From NCBI GenBank assembly GCA_965200895.1, contig CBDAVM010000002.1, forward strand, positions 1,701,089-1,765,088: a DNA stretch of 64,000 bases, in the 5' to 3' direction. Positions 45,515-54,887 of this stretch are shown here, piece by piece. The notes under the pieces are model-generated. The model had not been told where the DNA came from. It did no database searches and saw nothing but the letters and a program-made list of their open reading frames with translations. This DNA comes from Vicinamibacterales bacterium (lineage in GTDB: Bacteria; Acidobacteriota; Vicinamibacteria; Vicinamibacterales; UBA8438). Each line of letters begins with the position of its first letter. Position 1 is the first letter of the stretch. The translations under genes and the position numbers were made by a program.

Positions 45515-47327
45515 ATGCCTGCGGAACATTCTCGACGCAGCTTCGTGAAACGTGTCGGCGCCGCCGCCGGTGCGGTCGCCTTCTCCCCCGCCGCGATGGC
45601 GGAGGCCGGGCAGCCGGCGCCGCGGCTTCCGGAGGAGACGCCTCGGTCGGTACATCCCTCCCTCAACCGTCGGGCGCGCGGCTGGCTGCGGTTCCTGTGG
45701 GAGAAGGCGACCACCCCGGACGACTGGAGCGCGGACGGCGTGCCGCACATGTGGTGGGACCGCTATTCGAATCCGGTGGTCACCAGCTACGGCCGCTTCG
45801 ACCTGCACAACTCGTCGTACGCCCTGCTGCTGATGGCCGACGAGACGCCGGCTTGGCGCGAGGTCTACACGCGCATCGCGGACGGGCTCGCCAGCCGCTA
45901 CCCCACCTACTGGGGCGCCATCGACTGGCTGACGCAGATCGGCGACGACCCGCGGCGGGCGAACTACCCCCCGCACGTCATGGCGATGATTCCGGAGCGG
46001 CTGCGCGGCAACTACAACCGCATCGGCTGGACCGCGAACGGCATCGAGCCGTGGGGACTGTCTCCCGATCCGATCGGCTCGGAGGGCAACCTGTTCTTCC
46101 GCGGCTGGTTCAACCTGGTCCTCGGCATCTACCGCTACATCTCCGGCGATGACAAGTACGAGCGGCCGTTCGAGGTCACCGGCTACGGCGACCGGGTCTT
46201 CGAGTGGGACCAGCACCGCATCGCGGCGCTGCTCGAACGGCAGTACCGCGAGCGCCCGGAAGGGCCGCAGTGCGAGAACACCAAGATCTGGTTCCCCTGC
46301 AACGCCGCCGCCGGGCTCGGGATGTACCTGTACGACCGGATCCACGGCCGCGACACGCACCGGCCCGTACAGGGCTGGCTGGAGTACGCGCGCGAGAACT
46401 TCACTGGGCGTCGGCGACGACGGCCGGCTGGAGTGGGTCACCAGCTACTACGACCCGATCGTCAACCACAAGGCCAACGGCGGCCCCGGTGCCGGCGTGG
46501 GGACCGCCTTCCTGCTGCTGCCGCAGGACCGGGAGCTGGCTGCGTTCCTCTACGAGTCGGCGGCCAACGCCCTGGGCTGGAACGACCCGCGCGTCGAGAT
46601 CCGCGCCTCGCAGCCCGGGCTGGTGATGGCGCGTGAACTGGGCGACCACACCGCCGTGGCTCGCCTGCGGGCCGCGGCCGAGCGCGAGTACGAGCCCCGG
46701 TTCTTCGGCGACGACGACGAGATGTTCGGCTGGTGGTTCGGGCTGAACGAGGCCTACCCGCGCGGACAGCGCAGCGCCAGCATGATGGTGGCCGAGGTCG
46801 GCATGGGCGACGCCTGGTACCGGGCCTTCGAGGCACCGCACCTCGACAAGTTCGACGCGCCGACCGTGGAGGGGGTCGACTTCCCCGCGCTGGGGATCTG
46901 GCAGGCGTGGAACGACACCGCGAGCGGGGCGCTGCACGTCGGCACCTGCGCGGGCTCCGCCGACCGGCGCGGACTCGATACGAGCTGGCAGGTCACCAAC
47001 CTGCCGGCCACCGACGACGTGTTCATCCTGTGCGACGGCGAGCCGTTCCGGCGGTTCAGCGTCGACGGACCGAACGCCATCCGCCTGGACACCACCATCG
47101 ACATGCGCCACTACCAGATCTTCACCGGCTGGCGCGGACCGGGTGGGCCGGCGGACGCCATGCGCTCAGGGGATCGCGCCGAGCGGAACGCGGCGGCGGG
47201 ACCGGGCGCCGCCGCGGGGTGCGCGGCGGCCGATCGCGCGACCGCGACCCGGCAGGCGCCGGACGCGAGGAACGCCACAGCCAGCTTCTCACCGAGCGGA
47301 CCGACCTGTCCCTGCTGCGTGGCGTAG
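45515..47327 (+). pseudogene. Tat-exported linalool dehydratase/isomerase (LDI)-like alpha/alpha-barrel protein, interrupted by a +1 frameshift near 46400
   Basis: Twin-Arg signal MPAEHSRRSFVKRVGAAAGAVAFSPAAMA. The blocks NLFFRGWFNLVLGIYRYISGDDKYE and CENTKIWFPCNAAAGLGMYLYDRIHGRDTH resemble the LDI sequence as I remember it. The reading frame switches between ...LEYARENFT (frame 2) and LGVGDDGRLEWVTSYYDP (frame 3). The end at 47327 is uncertain because of a low-complexity tail. Confidence 0.55.
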
Positions 47328-47550
47328 ACGGCTCTCCCGACCGCCAGCGCCCCGTGCGGCAGGTCGTCGGTGCATCTGCCGATCCCACCCGTCGGGCAGC
47401 ATCGCGCCGGGTGATGCACGGCAGGACCTCCGCCCCTCGACGCGGACAGACGCTGCCCAGGGCGGGCGTTGGCGTGCGCAGTCCAACGGGCACGGCCTCC
47501 GAACCCGGCGCGCCCATTCTGCGTCCATAACCGAAACAGGAGGCGCACGC

Positions 47551-47871
47551 ATGATTCTGACCACCACACCCGGCATCGAGGGCAGGGCCATCCGCGACTA
47601 CCGGGGCATCGTCACCGGCGAGGCCATCGTCGGCGCGAACATCTTCAAGGACTTCTTCGCCGGCATCCGAGACATCGTAGGCGGCCGCTCCGCCGCCTAC
47701 GAACAGGAGCTGCAGAAGGCGCGTGACCTCGCCTTCCGGGAACTGGAGGACGCGGCGCGGCGTCAGGGCGCCGACGCCGTCGTCGGCGTCGACCTCGACT
47801 ACGAGGTGGTCGGAGACAGCGGGAGCATGCTCATGGTGACGATCAGCGGCACGGCGGTCACGATCGATTGA
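47551..47871 (+). CDS. ybjQ: YbjQ-family (UPF0145) protein
   Basis: AGGAGG lies 7 nt upstream of the [57 protein letters not shown]...[11 protein letters not shown] is the YbjQ pattern. 106 aa. Confidence 0.85.
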   Translation: MILTTTPGIEGRAIRDYRGIVTGEAIVGANIFKDFFAGIRDIVGGRSAAYEQELQKARDLAFRELEDAARRQGADAVVGVDLDYEVVGDSGSMLMVTISGTAVTID

Positions 47872-48026
47872 CCGCACTTTCCGGCCCACCGCCGGCCGCA
47901 TGGCCAGCCGGTCGGGTCGACACTGCCCTTGCGTTGTTCTACAGTTGGTCTGCGCGCCGCCATGGGAACGACAGGCCACGACGGGCGACCGGTGCGCGCC
48001 CGCGGCAGCGGCGCTGACGACAGCCG

Positions 48027-49127
48027 ATGATCCTGGCGAATCGGCACATCGAGGCCGGCGGCGACGGGCCCTTCCACGCCACGCTGCGCATCCGGCCCGC
48101 TTCCCGTATCGACCTCATCGACGTGCGGGGCACCCTGCGCGACGAGTTCGGGTCCGAGTTCACGCGCTATCCGAAGGCGTTCTACATCTCGGACCACACC
48201 ACGGCCGGCTACCTGGACCGGCGCCTCGCCGAGGTGCTGGAGCACGACGGCGACAACATCCAGGCCTATCTCCAGGTCTTCCAGAAGCTGTTTCCGCCCG
48301 ACGCGGGCTATGTCCACGACGAGCTCCACCTGCGGACCGAGCTCTCCGCCGAGCAGCGCGCCACCGAGCCGCGCAACGCCGACTCGCACCTGACGTTCAT
48401 GGGCGGCGGGCTGCGCAACTGCGCGTCCTACGCGCTCAGCGGGAACGAGCCGGTGTGGTTCGTGGAGCTGGACGGCGTCCACGTCGGCGGCACGCGGCAA
48501 CGCCGCACGACGGTGGTCGCCTACCGCCGCGAGGAGGATGTCGCCCGGACACAGATGCAGGTGCCCGCGTCCGGACACTCCATCGACGCCCAGAACCTGC
48601 GCGATCCGCGGCTCGGCTTCATCGGCCAGCTACAGGAACTGGCGCGGCGGCACGCCGTCGCGTTCGGCCGCTTCGACATAGCGCTGCCGGCGGGCGAAAG
48701 GCACGCGGGCCTGACGGTGAACGAGTACGAGACGCTGCTGATGACCCACGATCTGCGCGAGGTCCTCCGCAACCCGCTGCGCTTCATGGCGCGGATGGGC
48801 AGGGAGGCGCTCCAGGCCCCGTTGTCCATTCCCGCCAGGGCGCTCAACTACGCGCAGTACGACGCCGTGCAGATCTTCAACGAGCTGATGGACCGGGTCG
48901 GCGTGCGGCGCTCGGTGGTCGAGCGGCTGGTCAACCGGGCGCTGGCGGTCCCGGTCTCGCACTTTCTGCGCATGAAGCGCGGCATCAGTCTCCCGATCCT
49001 GGACCGCCGCGGCGCCGGCGTCGGCGAGATCGGCTGGGGGACGTACCAGAGCCCGATCCTGGTCCAGTGGAAGGCCGGCGCCGGCTCGATGCGGGTGCTC
49101 AACGTCCGGCTCGTCCGGTTCGCGTAG
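48027..49127 (+). CDS. Tandem YjbQ-like (UPF0047, secondary thiamine-phosphate synthase-like) domain protein
   Basis: First half: FYISDHTTAGYLD...YVHDE...NADSHLTFMGGG...PVWFVELDG. Second half: ERHAGLTVNEYE...GEIGWGTYQSPILVQWKAG...VRLVRF. Both follow the YjbQ pattern HTTA...NE, N..sHl, G.WQ.i.l.E. Confidence 0.5.
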   Translation: MILANRHIEAGGDGPFHATLRIRPASRIDLIDVRGTLRDEFGSEFTRYPKAFYISDHTTAGYLDRRLAEVLEHDGDNIQAYLQVFQKLFPPDAGYVHDELHLRTELSAEQRATEPRNADSHLTFMGGGLRNCASYALSGNEPVWFVELDGVHVGGTRQRRTTVVAYRREEDVARTQMQVPASGHSIDAQNLRDPRLGFIGQLQELARRHAVAFGRFDIALPAGERHAGLTVNEYETLLMTHDLREVLRNPLRFMARMGREALQAPLSIPARALNYAQYDAVQIFNELMDRVGVRRSVVERLVNRALAVPVSHFLRMKRGISLPILDRRGAGVGEIGWGTYQSPILVQWKAGAGSMRVLNVRLVRFA

Positions 49128-49199
49128 GGTGGGACGCGCCCCAATCCGTCGTCCGACGGCCCGTCGAAGCATGACGCCGGTTCCGGTCCGCAACGCGCG

Positions 49200-49291
49200 G
49201 CCAGGAGTCTGCGCCGTAGGTAACGGTGCAGGCTCCTGGTCAGGCCCGGTTGGGCGGCAATCGGAGCCGCAGGCGACGATTGTCGGGCTAG
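49200..49291. repeat. REP/MITE-like element copy R2 (inverted relative to 27308..27398)
   Basis: CCAGGAGTCTGCGCCGT-aggt-AACGGTGCAGGCTCCTGG hairpin, then ..GGGCGGCAATCGGAGCCGCAGGCGACGATTGTCGGGCTAGG. The terminal CTA is the stop codon of the VOC gene 49288..50373. Confidence 0.75.
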
Positions 49292-50373
49292 GTGCAGACG
49301 TCGCCGAGGTACCCGCCGCCACCGCAGTAGCGCACGTCCTGGAGCTGCAGCAGGATGCCGTCCGGATCCGTGAAATAGAGTTCCGGCGTGCCCTCCGGGG
49401 CTCCGCCGCGGTCCGGCATGCGCATCGTGACATACGATGTGAGCGGATCCGGCGGTCCCTGGGCGTCCGCCGCCCTGGGTCGGACGCCGAACTGCTCCAG
49501 CGTGGCCATCACTTCCTCGTGCTGGAAGTTCTCCATCGACATGCACGCGTGGTGGATGCGGGCCGGGCCCGGCCCCGGGGAAAGCGCGAGGAACTGGCGC
49601 CCCGAACCGACCGACAGCAGCGGCAGCGCCCCCTGCGAGCGGGTGATCGGCATGCCGAACAGCCCCTGGTAGAAGTCGATCGACCGCTGCTGATCCGACA
49701 CGAACACGGTGAAGTGGTTGATGTCGTGAAGCGCAATCGCCCCGGCGCCCGGCGACGGCTCGGGCGTCTCGCAGAGCTCACCCAGGATTCCCTCGCCACC
49801 GCAGTAGGTCGTGTCCTGGAGTTGTCCCACGACGCCGTCAGGATCGCCGAAGTAGAGCTCGGGGGTGCCTTCCGGCGCGCCGCCGAACTCGGCTCCGCGC
49901 ATCCGGATGCGCACACGGCGCGGCGCGTTCTGTCCGGGCTGATCGACCTGTGCCACGCCATGCTCCCCGAGAACGCCCACCAGCCGGTCGGCGTCGAAAT
50001 CGTCCACCGCCAGGCAGAAATGGCTGATGCGGGGTTCCGCGTCGGGTCGACCACCCCCCAGCGCCAGGAACTGCGGGCCGCTGCCGATCCGCAGGACCAG
50101 CGTCCGCGCCTGGCGCGCCGCGATCGTCATCCCGAACAGCCCCTGGTAGAACTCCAGCGACCGTCCGATGTCGGTAACGGTCAGCGTCAGGTGGTTCCAG
50201 GCGCGCACCGGGATCGGCGGTGCGACCGCCTGGCCGGCGGCCAGACCGGTTCGCGGCAGCAGGGCCGGCGTCATCGCCAGCGCGGGGAGAGATCCGAGGA
50301 ACGACCGGCGGGACAGGCGGGAGACATCGATTGCGCCCCGACCGTGGCCGGTGGCGGTGCGGATATGGTGCAT
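49288..50373 (-). CDS. Tat-exported two-domain VOC family protein
   Basis: ATG 50373 sits 8 nt after AGGAG. Twin-Arg signal VSRLSRRSFLGSLPALAMTPALL. Two VOC halves, each with FYQGLFGM and ending GAPEGTPELYFxDPDGxxxQLQDxxYCGGxGxLGxxC. Confidence 0.75.
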   Translation of the reverse strand: MHHIRTATGHGRGAIDVSRLSRRSFLGSLPALAMTPALLPRTGLAAGQAVAPPIPVRAWNHLTLTVTDIGRSLEFYQGLFGMTIAARQARTLVLRIGSGPQFLALGGGRPDAEPRISHFCLAVDDFDADRLVGVLGEHGVAQVDQPGQNAPRRVRIRMRGAEFGGAPEGTPELYFGDPDGVVGQLQDTTYCGGEGILGELCETPEPSPGAGAIALHDINHFTVFVSDQQRSIDFYQGLFGMPITRSQGALPLLSVGSGRQFLALSPGPGPARIHHACMSMENFQHEEVMATLEQFGVRPRAADAQGPPDPLTSYVTMRMPDRGGAPEGTPELYFTDPDGILLQLQDVRYCGGGGYLGDVCT

Positions 50374-50490
50374 GGCTCGGACTCCTGTGGAAGAGCGTGA
50401 TGGCGTGGGCTGCATTATATTCGGTGGCCTCCGGTGGCCCCTGGCCGGCGGCGAGATGTGGTACCGTGTCTGGCGGCGTTCCGGTCAACG

Positions 50491-50567
50491 CGGGGCGTGG
50501 CGCAGTCTGGTAGCGCGCCTGCTTTGGGAGCAGGAGGTCCCGAGTTCGAACCTCGGCGCCCCGACCA
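50491..50567 (+). tRNA. tRNA-Pro (anticodon UGG), CCA encoded
   Basis: Folded by hand. Acceptor CGGGGCG/CGCCCCG, D stem GCGC/GCGC, anticodon stem CCTGC/GCAGG with loop TTTGGGA (anticodon TGG), T arm CCGAG-TTCGAAC-CTCGG, discriminator A, then CCA. 77 nt. Confidence 0.9.
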
Positions 50568-50714
50568 TTTTCACTTCGACCGCGTGGGACGCCCGGTCCG
50601 GCGCCGCTTCCCGTGGCGAAAACGCCAGGTCGCGGGCGTATCGGCGGGGCGGTCGCGATGCGGGCACGCGGTCCGGTGCCGTTCCATGACGAAGGGACTC
50701 GACGGCGCGCTCAG

Positions 50715-51563
50715 ATGATGCCGACCCTGCGTACGCCGCCGCTCCTCGTCTTTCTCCTCCTCGGAACCGGCGTGTTCGCGCTGGAGCGCTGGCTGGCCGG
50801 CGGGGACGCCGGGCAGCGGGTCGTCCGCGTGACGGACGAGCAGGTGGAAGCGCTCCGCGCCCGCTGGGACGCCCAGTGGGGCCGGACGCCCACCGACCGG
50901 GAGCTGCAGGGACTGATCGACGAGGCCGTCCGCGAGGAGATCCTCTATCGTGAAGCACTGCGGATGTCCCTCGATCACGAGGATCCGATCGTGCGCCGGC
51001 GGCTCGCACAGAAGATGACGTTCATGCTGGAGGACAATGCGGAGGCGCCGACGCCGACCGGCGATGAGGTGGCCGACTACTTCACCGCGCATGCCGAGCG
51101 CTACCGCGAGCCGCTCCGAACCACCTTCCGGCACGTGTTTCTGAGCAGCCACCGGCGGGTCGACCCGCGAGCGGATGCGGCGGCGCTGCTGCACGACGTG
51201 CGCCACGGGGAGGAAGGGAGCTGGAGAGGCGCCGGCGACCCGTTCATGCTGCTCGGCGAGTACACGGCCCGCACCGACCGGCAGATCGCGGAGCTGTTCG
51301 GCGCGGACTTCGCAACCGCACTGGGCGACATCGCGAAGGGAGGCTGGCAGGGCCCCGTCAGCTCGATGCACGGCGCGCATCTCGTGCGGGTGCTGGATCG
51401 GAGCGCACCGCGCACCCCGGCGCTCGACGAGGTTCGCGAGCGGGTCGTCGAGGAGCTGCTGGAGGAACGGCGCCGCGACCAGAACCGGGACGCGTTGCGG
51501 ACCTTGCGGCAACGGTACGACGTGCGGATGCCAGGTGCGGACTTCGGCCGGGAGCAGCCATAG
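50715..51563 (+). CDS. Peptidyl-prolyl cis-trans isomerase, PpiC/parvulin-type with SurA-like N-terminal helices, membrane-anchored
   Basis: Trimmed to ATG 50715. TM anchor TPPLLVFLLLGTGVFAL. The blocks ILYREALRMSLDHEDPIVRRRL and ...FRHVFLSS...GGWQGPVSSMHGAHLVRVLDR resemble a parvulin domain. Confidence 0.65.
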   Translation: MMPTLRTPPLLVFLLLGTGVFALERWLAGGDAGQRVVRVTDEQVEALRARWDAQWGRTPTDRELQGLIDEAVREEILYREALRMSLDHEDPIVRRRLAQKMTFMLEDNAEAPTPTGDEVADYFTAHAERYREPLRTTFRHVFLSSHRRVDPRADAAALLHDVRHGEEGSWRGAGDPFMLLGEYTARTDRQIAELFGADFATALGDIAKGGWQGPVSSMHGAHLVRVLDRSAPRTPALDEVRERVVEELLEERRRDQNRDALRTLRQRYDVRMPGADFGREQP

Positions 51564-51567
51564 CGAC

Positions 51568-52692
51568 ATGCCGGTGGCGACCCGGACCACCCCGTCGGCG
51601 ATGCCGGGTGGCTGCCCGTCCAGGGGCAGCCGCCGCGGCGAGGTCCGGGCACGGCGGTGCGAGCGCCGACCGCGCTGCCGGCCGGCCTTGGCGCTGCTGG
51701 GATGGCTCCTGCTTCCGGCGTCGGTTGCAGCGCACGAGGTGCGGCCCGCCTACCTCCAGGTGACGGAGGAACAACCGGGACGTTTCGAGGTGCTCTGGAA
51801 GCAGCCGATCCTGCCGGACGCCGATCCAGGACTCGTCCGGCGCCTGCCGATCGCGCCGCGATTCCCCGCACAATGCCGGGAGAGCGACCGGGCGCTGCCG
51901 GACCTGACCGCATCCGCGCTCATCGAGCGCTGGACGCTGACCTGCGGCGAGACGGGGCTGCGCGGCGCGCAGATCTCCATCGACGGCCTGCCGCGAACGC
52001 TGACCGACGTCCTGCTACGGGTGCGCCGGCTCGACGGGACGTCGGTCGATCACCTGCTCCGCTCGGAAGCGCCGGGCGTGGTGCTGTTCCCGGCGTCGGG
52101 CGGCGGGGCGGCGGTGCCCGCCTATCTCGTGCTCGGCATCGAGCATCTGCTGTTCGGATTCGATCACATCCTGTTCGTCGTCGGCCTGCTGTTCCTGGTG
52201 CGCCGGCCCCTGCAGCTCGTGCAGGTGGTGACGGCGTTCACCGCCGCGCACAGCATCACCCTGGCGCTGTCGTCGCTCGGCGTGGTGACGCTGGCGCAGC
52301 GGCCGGTCGAGGCCGTCATCGCGCTGAGCATCCTGTTCCTCGCCGTGGAACTCGCCCGCGGTCCGACGAGCGGGCGGTCGGCGATGGCGCGCTCGCCGTG
52401 GGCGATCGCCTTCGGCTTCGGCCTGCTGCACGGCTTCGGCTTCGCCGGCGCGCTGGCCGAGATCGGTCTGCCGGAGTCGGCCCGGGCCATGGCGCTGCTG
52501 CTGTTCAACATCGGGGTCGAGATCGGCCAGCTCGCAATCGTCGGCGTCCTGCTCGGACTGCTCCAGGTCGTCAGGATCTCGCGCGTCCCGGCGCCGGCGT
52601 TCGCCGCGCAGTTGCCGGTCCTGGTCATGGGCACGGTTTCCGCCTACTGGTTCGTCGAACGCCTGCTGTCGATGGCGCCGGCCGCACCGTAG
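51568..52692 (+). CDS. HupE/UreJ family metal (Ni/Co) transporter-like membrane protein with extended N-terminal periplasmic domain
   Basis: Signal ...ALALLGWLLLPASVAA followed by His (HEVRP...), as in HupE. C-terminal TM core GIEHLLFGFDHILFVVGLL, TAFTAAHSITLA, GLLHGFGFAGAL and FNIGVEIGQL. Confidence 0.75.
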   Translation: MPVATRTTPSAMPGGCPSRGSRRGEVRARRCERRPRCRPALALLGWLLLPASVAAHEVRPAYLQVTEEQPGRFEVLWKQPILPDADPGLVRRLPIAPRFPAQCRESDRALPDLTASALIERWTLTCGETGLRGAQISIDGLPRTLTDVLLRVRRLDGTSVDHLLRSEAPGVVLFPASGGGAAVPAYLVLGIEHLLFGFDHILFVVGLLFLVRRPLQLVQVVTAFTAAHSITLALSSLGVVTLAQRPVEAVIALSILFLAVELARGPTSGRSAMARSPWAIAFGFGLLHGFGFAGALAEIGLPESARAMALLLFNIGVEIGQLAIVGVLLGLLQVVRISRVPAPAFAAQLPVLVMGTVSAYWFVERLLSMAPAAP

Positions 52693-52704
52693 AGCCGCCG
52701 CGCC

Positions 52705-54795
52705 ATGAACCGTGTTGGAGGTGTCATGTCACGTCACGACCGCCGTTCCGGAGACTCCACCGTACACTTCGTTCGCTGCGGCGTCGATGGTCGGCAGCAG
52801 GGGTGTAACGACCGCCGTTCCGCAGGTTCCACGGCGCACCGGATCTCCCCACGGGCCGGCGCGCTGGTCGCCGCACTGGGTGCGGTCGCCCTCGGCCTCT
52901 CGCTGGGCGGCTGCGCAGGTGACGGCGGTCGGGTCGCCGCCACGGAACCGCAGGACGAGGCCGGAGACGCACGGGCCGGGCAGGAATCGGCGCCAGGCCG
53001 CATCGCCACCGTGGAACCGCAGGACGCCGCCGGCCGGTCCGCGCCGGCGGCCGACCCGCACCGCAACGTGTACTTCGGCGACCTCCATACCCACACCAAC
53101 TTCTCCTACGACGCGTTCCTCAACGGCACCCGGGCCACCCCGGACGACGCCTACCGCTACGCGCAGGGCGAGCCGCTGACCCACGCGGCCGGCTTCGAGA
53201 TCCAGCTCGACAGACCGCTGGACTTCTTCGCGGTGACCGACCACGCCAGCTTCCTGGGCATGCTGCCGGCCATGCTGGATCCGGAACAGGAGGCGTATGG
53301 ACATCCCGACTCCGAGCTGGCGAGACGCATCGCGTCCGGGGCGCTGACCGGCGCGGACCGGGCGGCGGCCTACGCCGACATCCGGGCCCACACCCTCGGC
53401 GTGCGCGACGGCCTGATCGACATGAACATCGTGCGCTCCGCGTGGCGGGAGACCATCGCTGCGGCCGAGCGCCACAACGCTCCGGGCCGTTTCACCACCT
53501 TCATCGCCTACGAGTTCACCGGCAGCCCCGAGAACCAGAACCTGCACCGCAACGTGATCTTCCGCGGCAGCGCGGCGCCGGAGATTCCCTTCAGCCGCCT
53601 CGACTCGTTCAACCCGGAGGCGCTGTGGGCGTGGATGGACCGCAATCGCGAGGCGGGGATCGAGGCCCTGGCCATCCCCCACAACTCGAACGGCTCGAAC
53701 GGCCTGATGTTCCGGCTGGCGACCTATGCCGGCGAGCCGCTCGACGCCGCCTACGCCGAGACCCGGACGCGCAACGAGCCGCTGGTCGAGATCACCCAGA
53801 CCAAGGGCACCTCCGACACGCACCCGGCGCTGTCCCCCAACGACGAATGGGCCGATTTCGAGATCTGGTCCTACCGCATCGGCGGCGGCACGACCCCCAG
53901 CCAGCCGTCCGGCAGCTACGTGCGCGAGGCGTACCTGAACGGGCTGCGCCTGGAAGAGGAACGCGGCTTCAACCCGTTCCGCTTCGGACTCGTCGGGGCC
54001 ACCGACAACCATGCCGGCTCGGGCGCCCCGACCGAGTCCGACTACTTCACCGCCGGCGGCCGGCCGCAGCGGGGCGCCTCGATACCGTTCGACCCGCCCC
54101 GGCCGGACGGCAGCCTCTACAGCGCCTCGCCGCTCGGCGCGATCCGCGGTGCGTCGGGACTGACCGGGGTGTGGGCCGAGGAGAACACGCGCGACTCGAT
54201 CTACGAGGCGTTCCGTCGCCGGGAGACCTTCGCCACCACCGGACCGCGCATGCGCGTGCGGTTCTTCGCCGGCTACGACTACCCGGAAGACCTCGCGGAC
54301 GACGCTGACGCCATAGCGGCGGCCTACGCCGGCGGCGTCGCCATGGGCGGCGAGCTGGTCGCGCCCGGCCGGCGCGTCCCGAAGTTCCTGGTCTGGGCCA
54401 GCCGCGACCCCCTGGGCAACCCGCTGGCGCGGCTGCAGGTCATCAAGGGCTGGATCGAGGGAGGCGAGGCGCACGAGCGGGTCCACGATGTCGCCTGCTC
54501 CGACGGCGCGTCCGTGGACCCGGAGACGCAGCGCTGCCCCGACAACGGCGCGACGGTGGACCTCTCCAGTTGCGCCGTGAGCAACGACGCGGGCGACGGC
54601 GAGCTGCGCACGCTGTGGACGGATCCGGACTTCGATCCGACGCAGCGTTCCCTCTACTACGTACGGGTGCTCGAGAACCCGTCGTGCCGCTGGTCCACCT
54701 GGGAGGCGGTGCGCGCCGGTGTGGAGCCTCGTCCCGATCTTCCGGCCACCATCCAGGAGCGGGCCTGGTCGTCGCCGATCTGGATCACGCCCTGA
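52705..54795 (+). CDS. DUF3604 domain protein (PHP-like metal-dependent hydrolase fold), probable lipoprotein
   Basis: Lipobox LGLSLGGC. DUF3604 hallmarks VYFGDLHTHTNFSYDAF, DFFAVTDHA, FIAYEFTGSPENQNLHRNVIF, AIPHNSNGSNG, VEITQTKGTSDTHP, GATDNH and WSSPIW. Start 52705 or 52726. Confidence 0.85.
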   Translation: MNRVGGVMSRHDRRSGDSTVHFVRCGVDGRQQGCNDRRSAGSTAHRISPRAGALVAALGAVALGLSLGGCAGDGGRVAATEPQDEAGDARAGQESAPGRIATVEPQDAAGRSAPAADPHRNVYFGDLHTHTNFSYDAFLNGTRATPDDAYRYAQGEPLTHAAGFEIQLDRPLDFFAVTDHASFLGMLPAMLDPEQEAYGHPDSELARRIASGALTGADRAAAYADIRAHTLGVRDGLIDMNIVRSAWRETIAAAERHNAPGRFTTFIAYEFTGSPENQNLHRNVIFRGSAAPEIPFSRLDSFNPEALWAWMDRNREAGIEALAIPHNSNGSNGLMFRLATYAGEPLDAAYAETRTRNEPLVEITQTKGTSDTHPALSPNDEWADFEIWSYRIGGGTTPSQPSGSYVREAYLNGLRLEEERGFNPFRFGLVGATDNHAGSGAPTESDYFTAGGRPQRGASIPFDPPRPDGSLYSASPLGAIRGASGLTGVWAEENTRDSIYEAFRRRETFATTGPRMRVRFFAGYDYPEDLADDADAIAAAYAGGVAMGGELVAPGRRVPKFLVWASRDPLGNPLARLQVIKGWIEGGEAHERVHDVACSDGASVDPETQRCPDNGATVDLSSCAVSNDAGDGELRTLWTDPDFDPTQRSLYYVRVLENPSCRWSTWEAVRAGVEPRPDLPATIQERAWSSPIWITP

Positions 54796-54887
54796 CGTAC
54801 ACGACCCCAGGCATCGGAACCTGGCGGCGGCGCGAGGCGTCGACGGCCGGCCTCGCACAACGGACGGCGGGGACGGCCATCGCCGTC

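Noticed and set aside
47111-47569. 152-aa minus-strand ORF between the LDI-like gene and ybjQ
   Set aside because: It has Ala/Pro/Arg-rich low-complexity translation and overlaps the tail of the LDI-like ORF. No RBS or motif is present. Neither strand is convincingly coding at 47130-47540.
52729-54858. 709-aa minus-strand ORF
   Set aside because: Antisense to the DUF3604 gene (HTHTNFSYD and AIPHNSNGSNG motifs on the plus strand).
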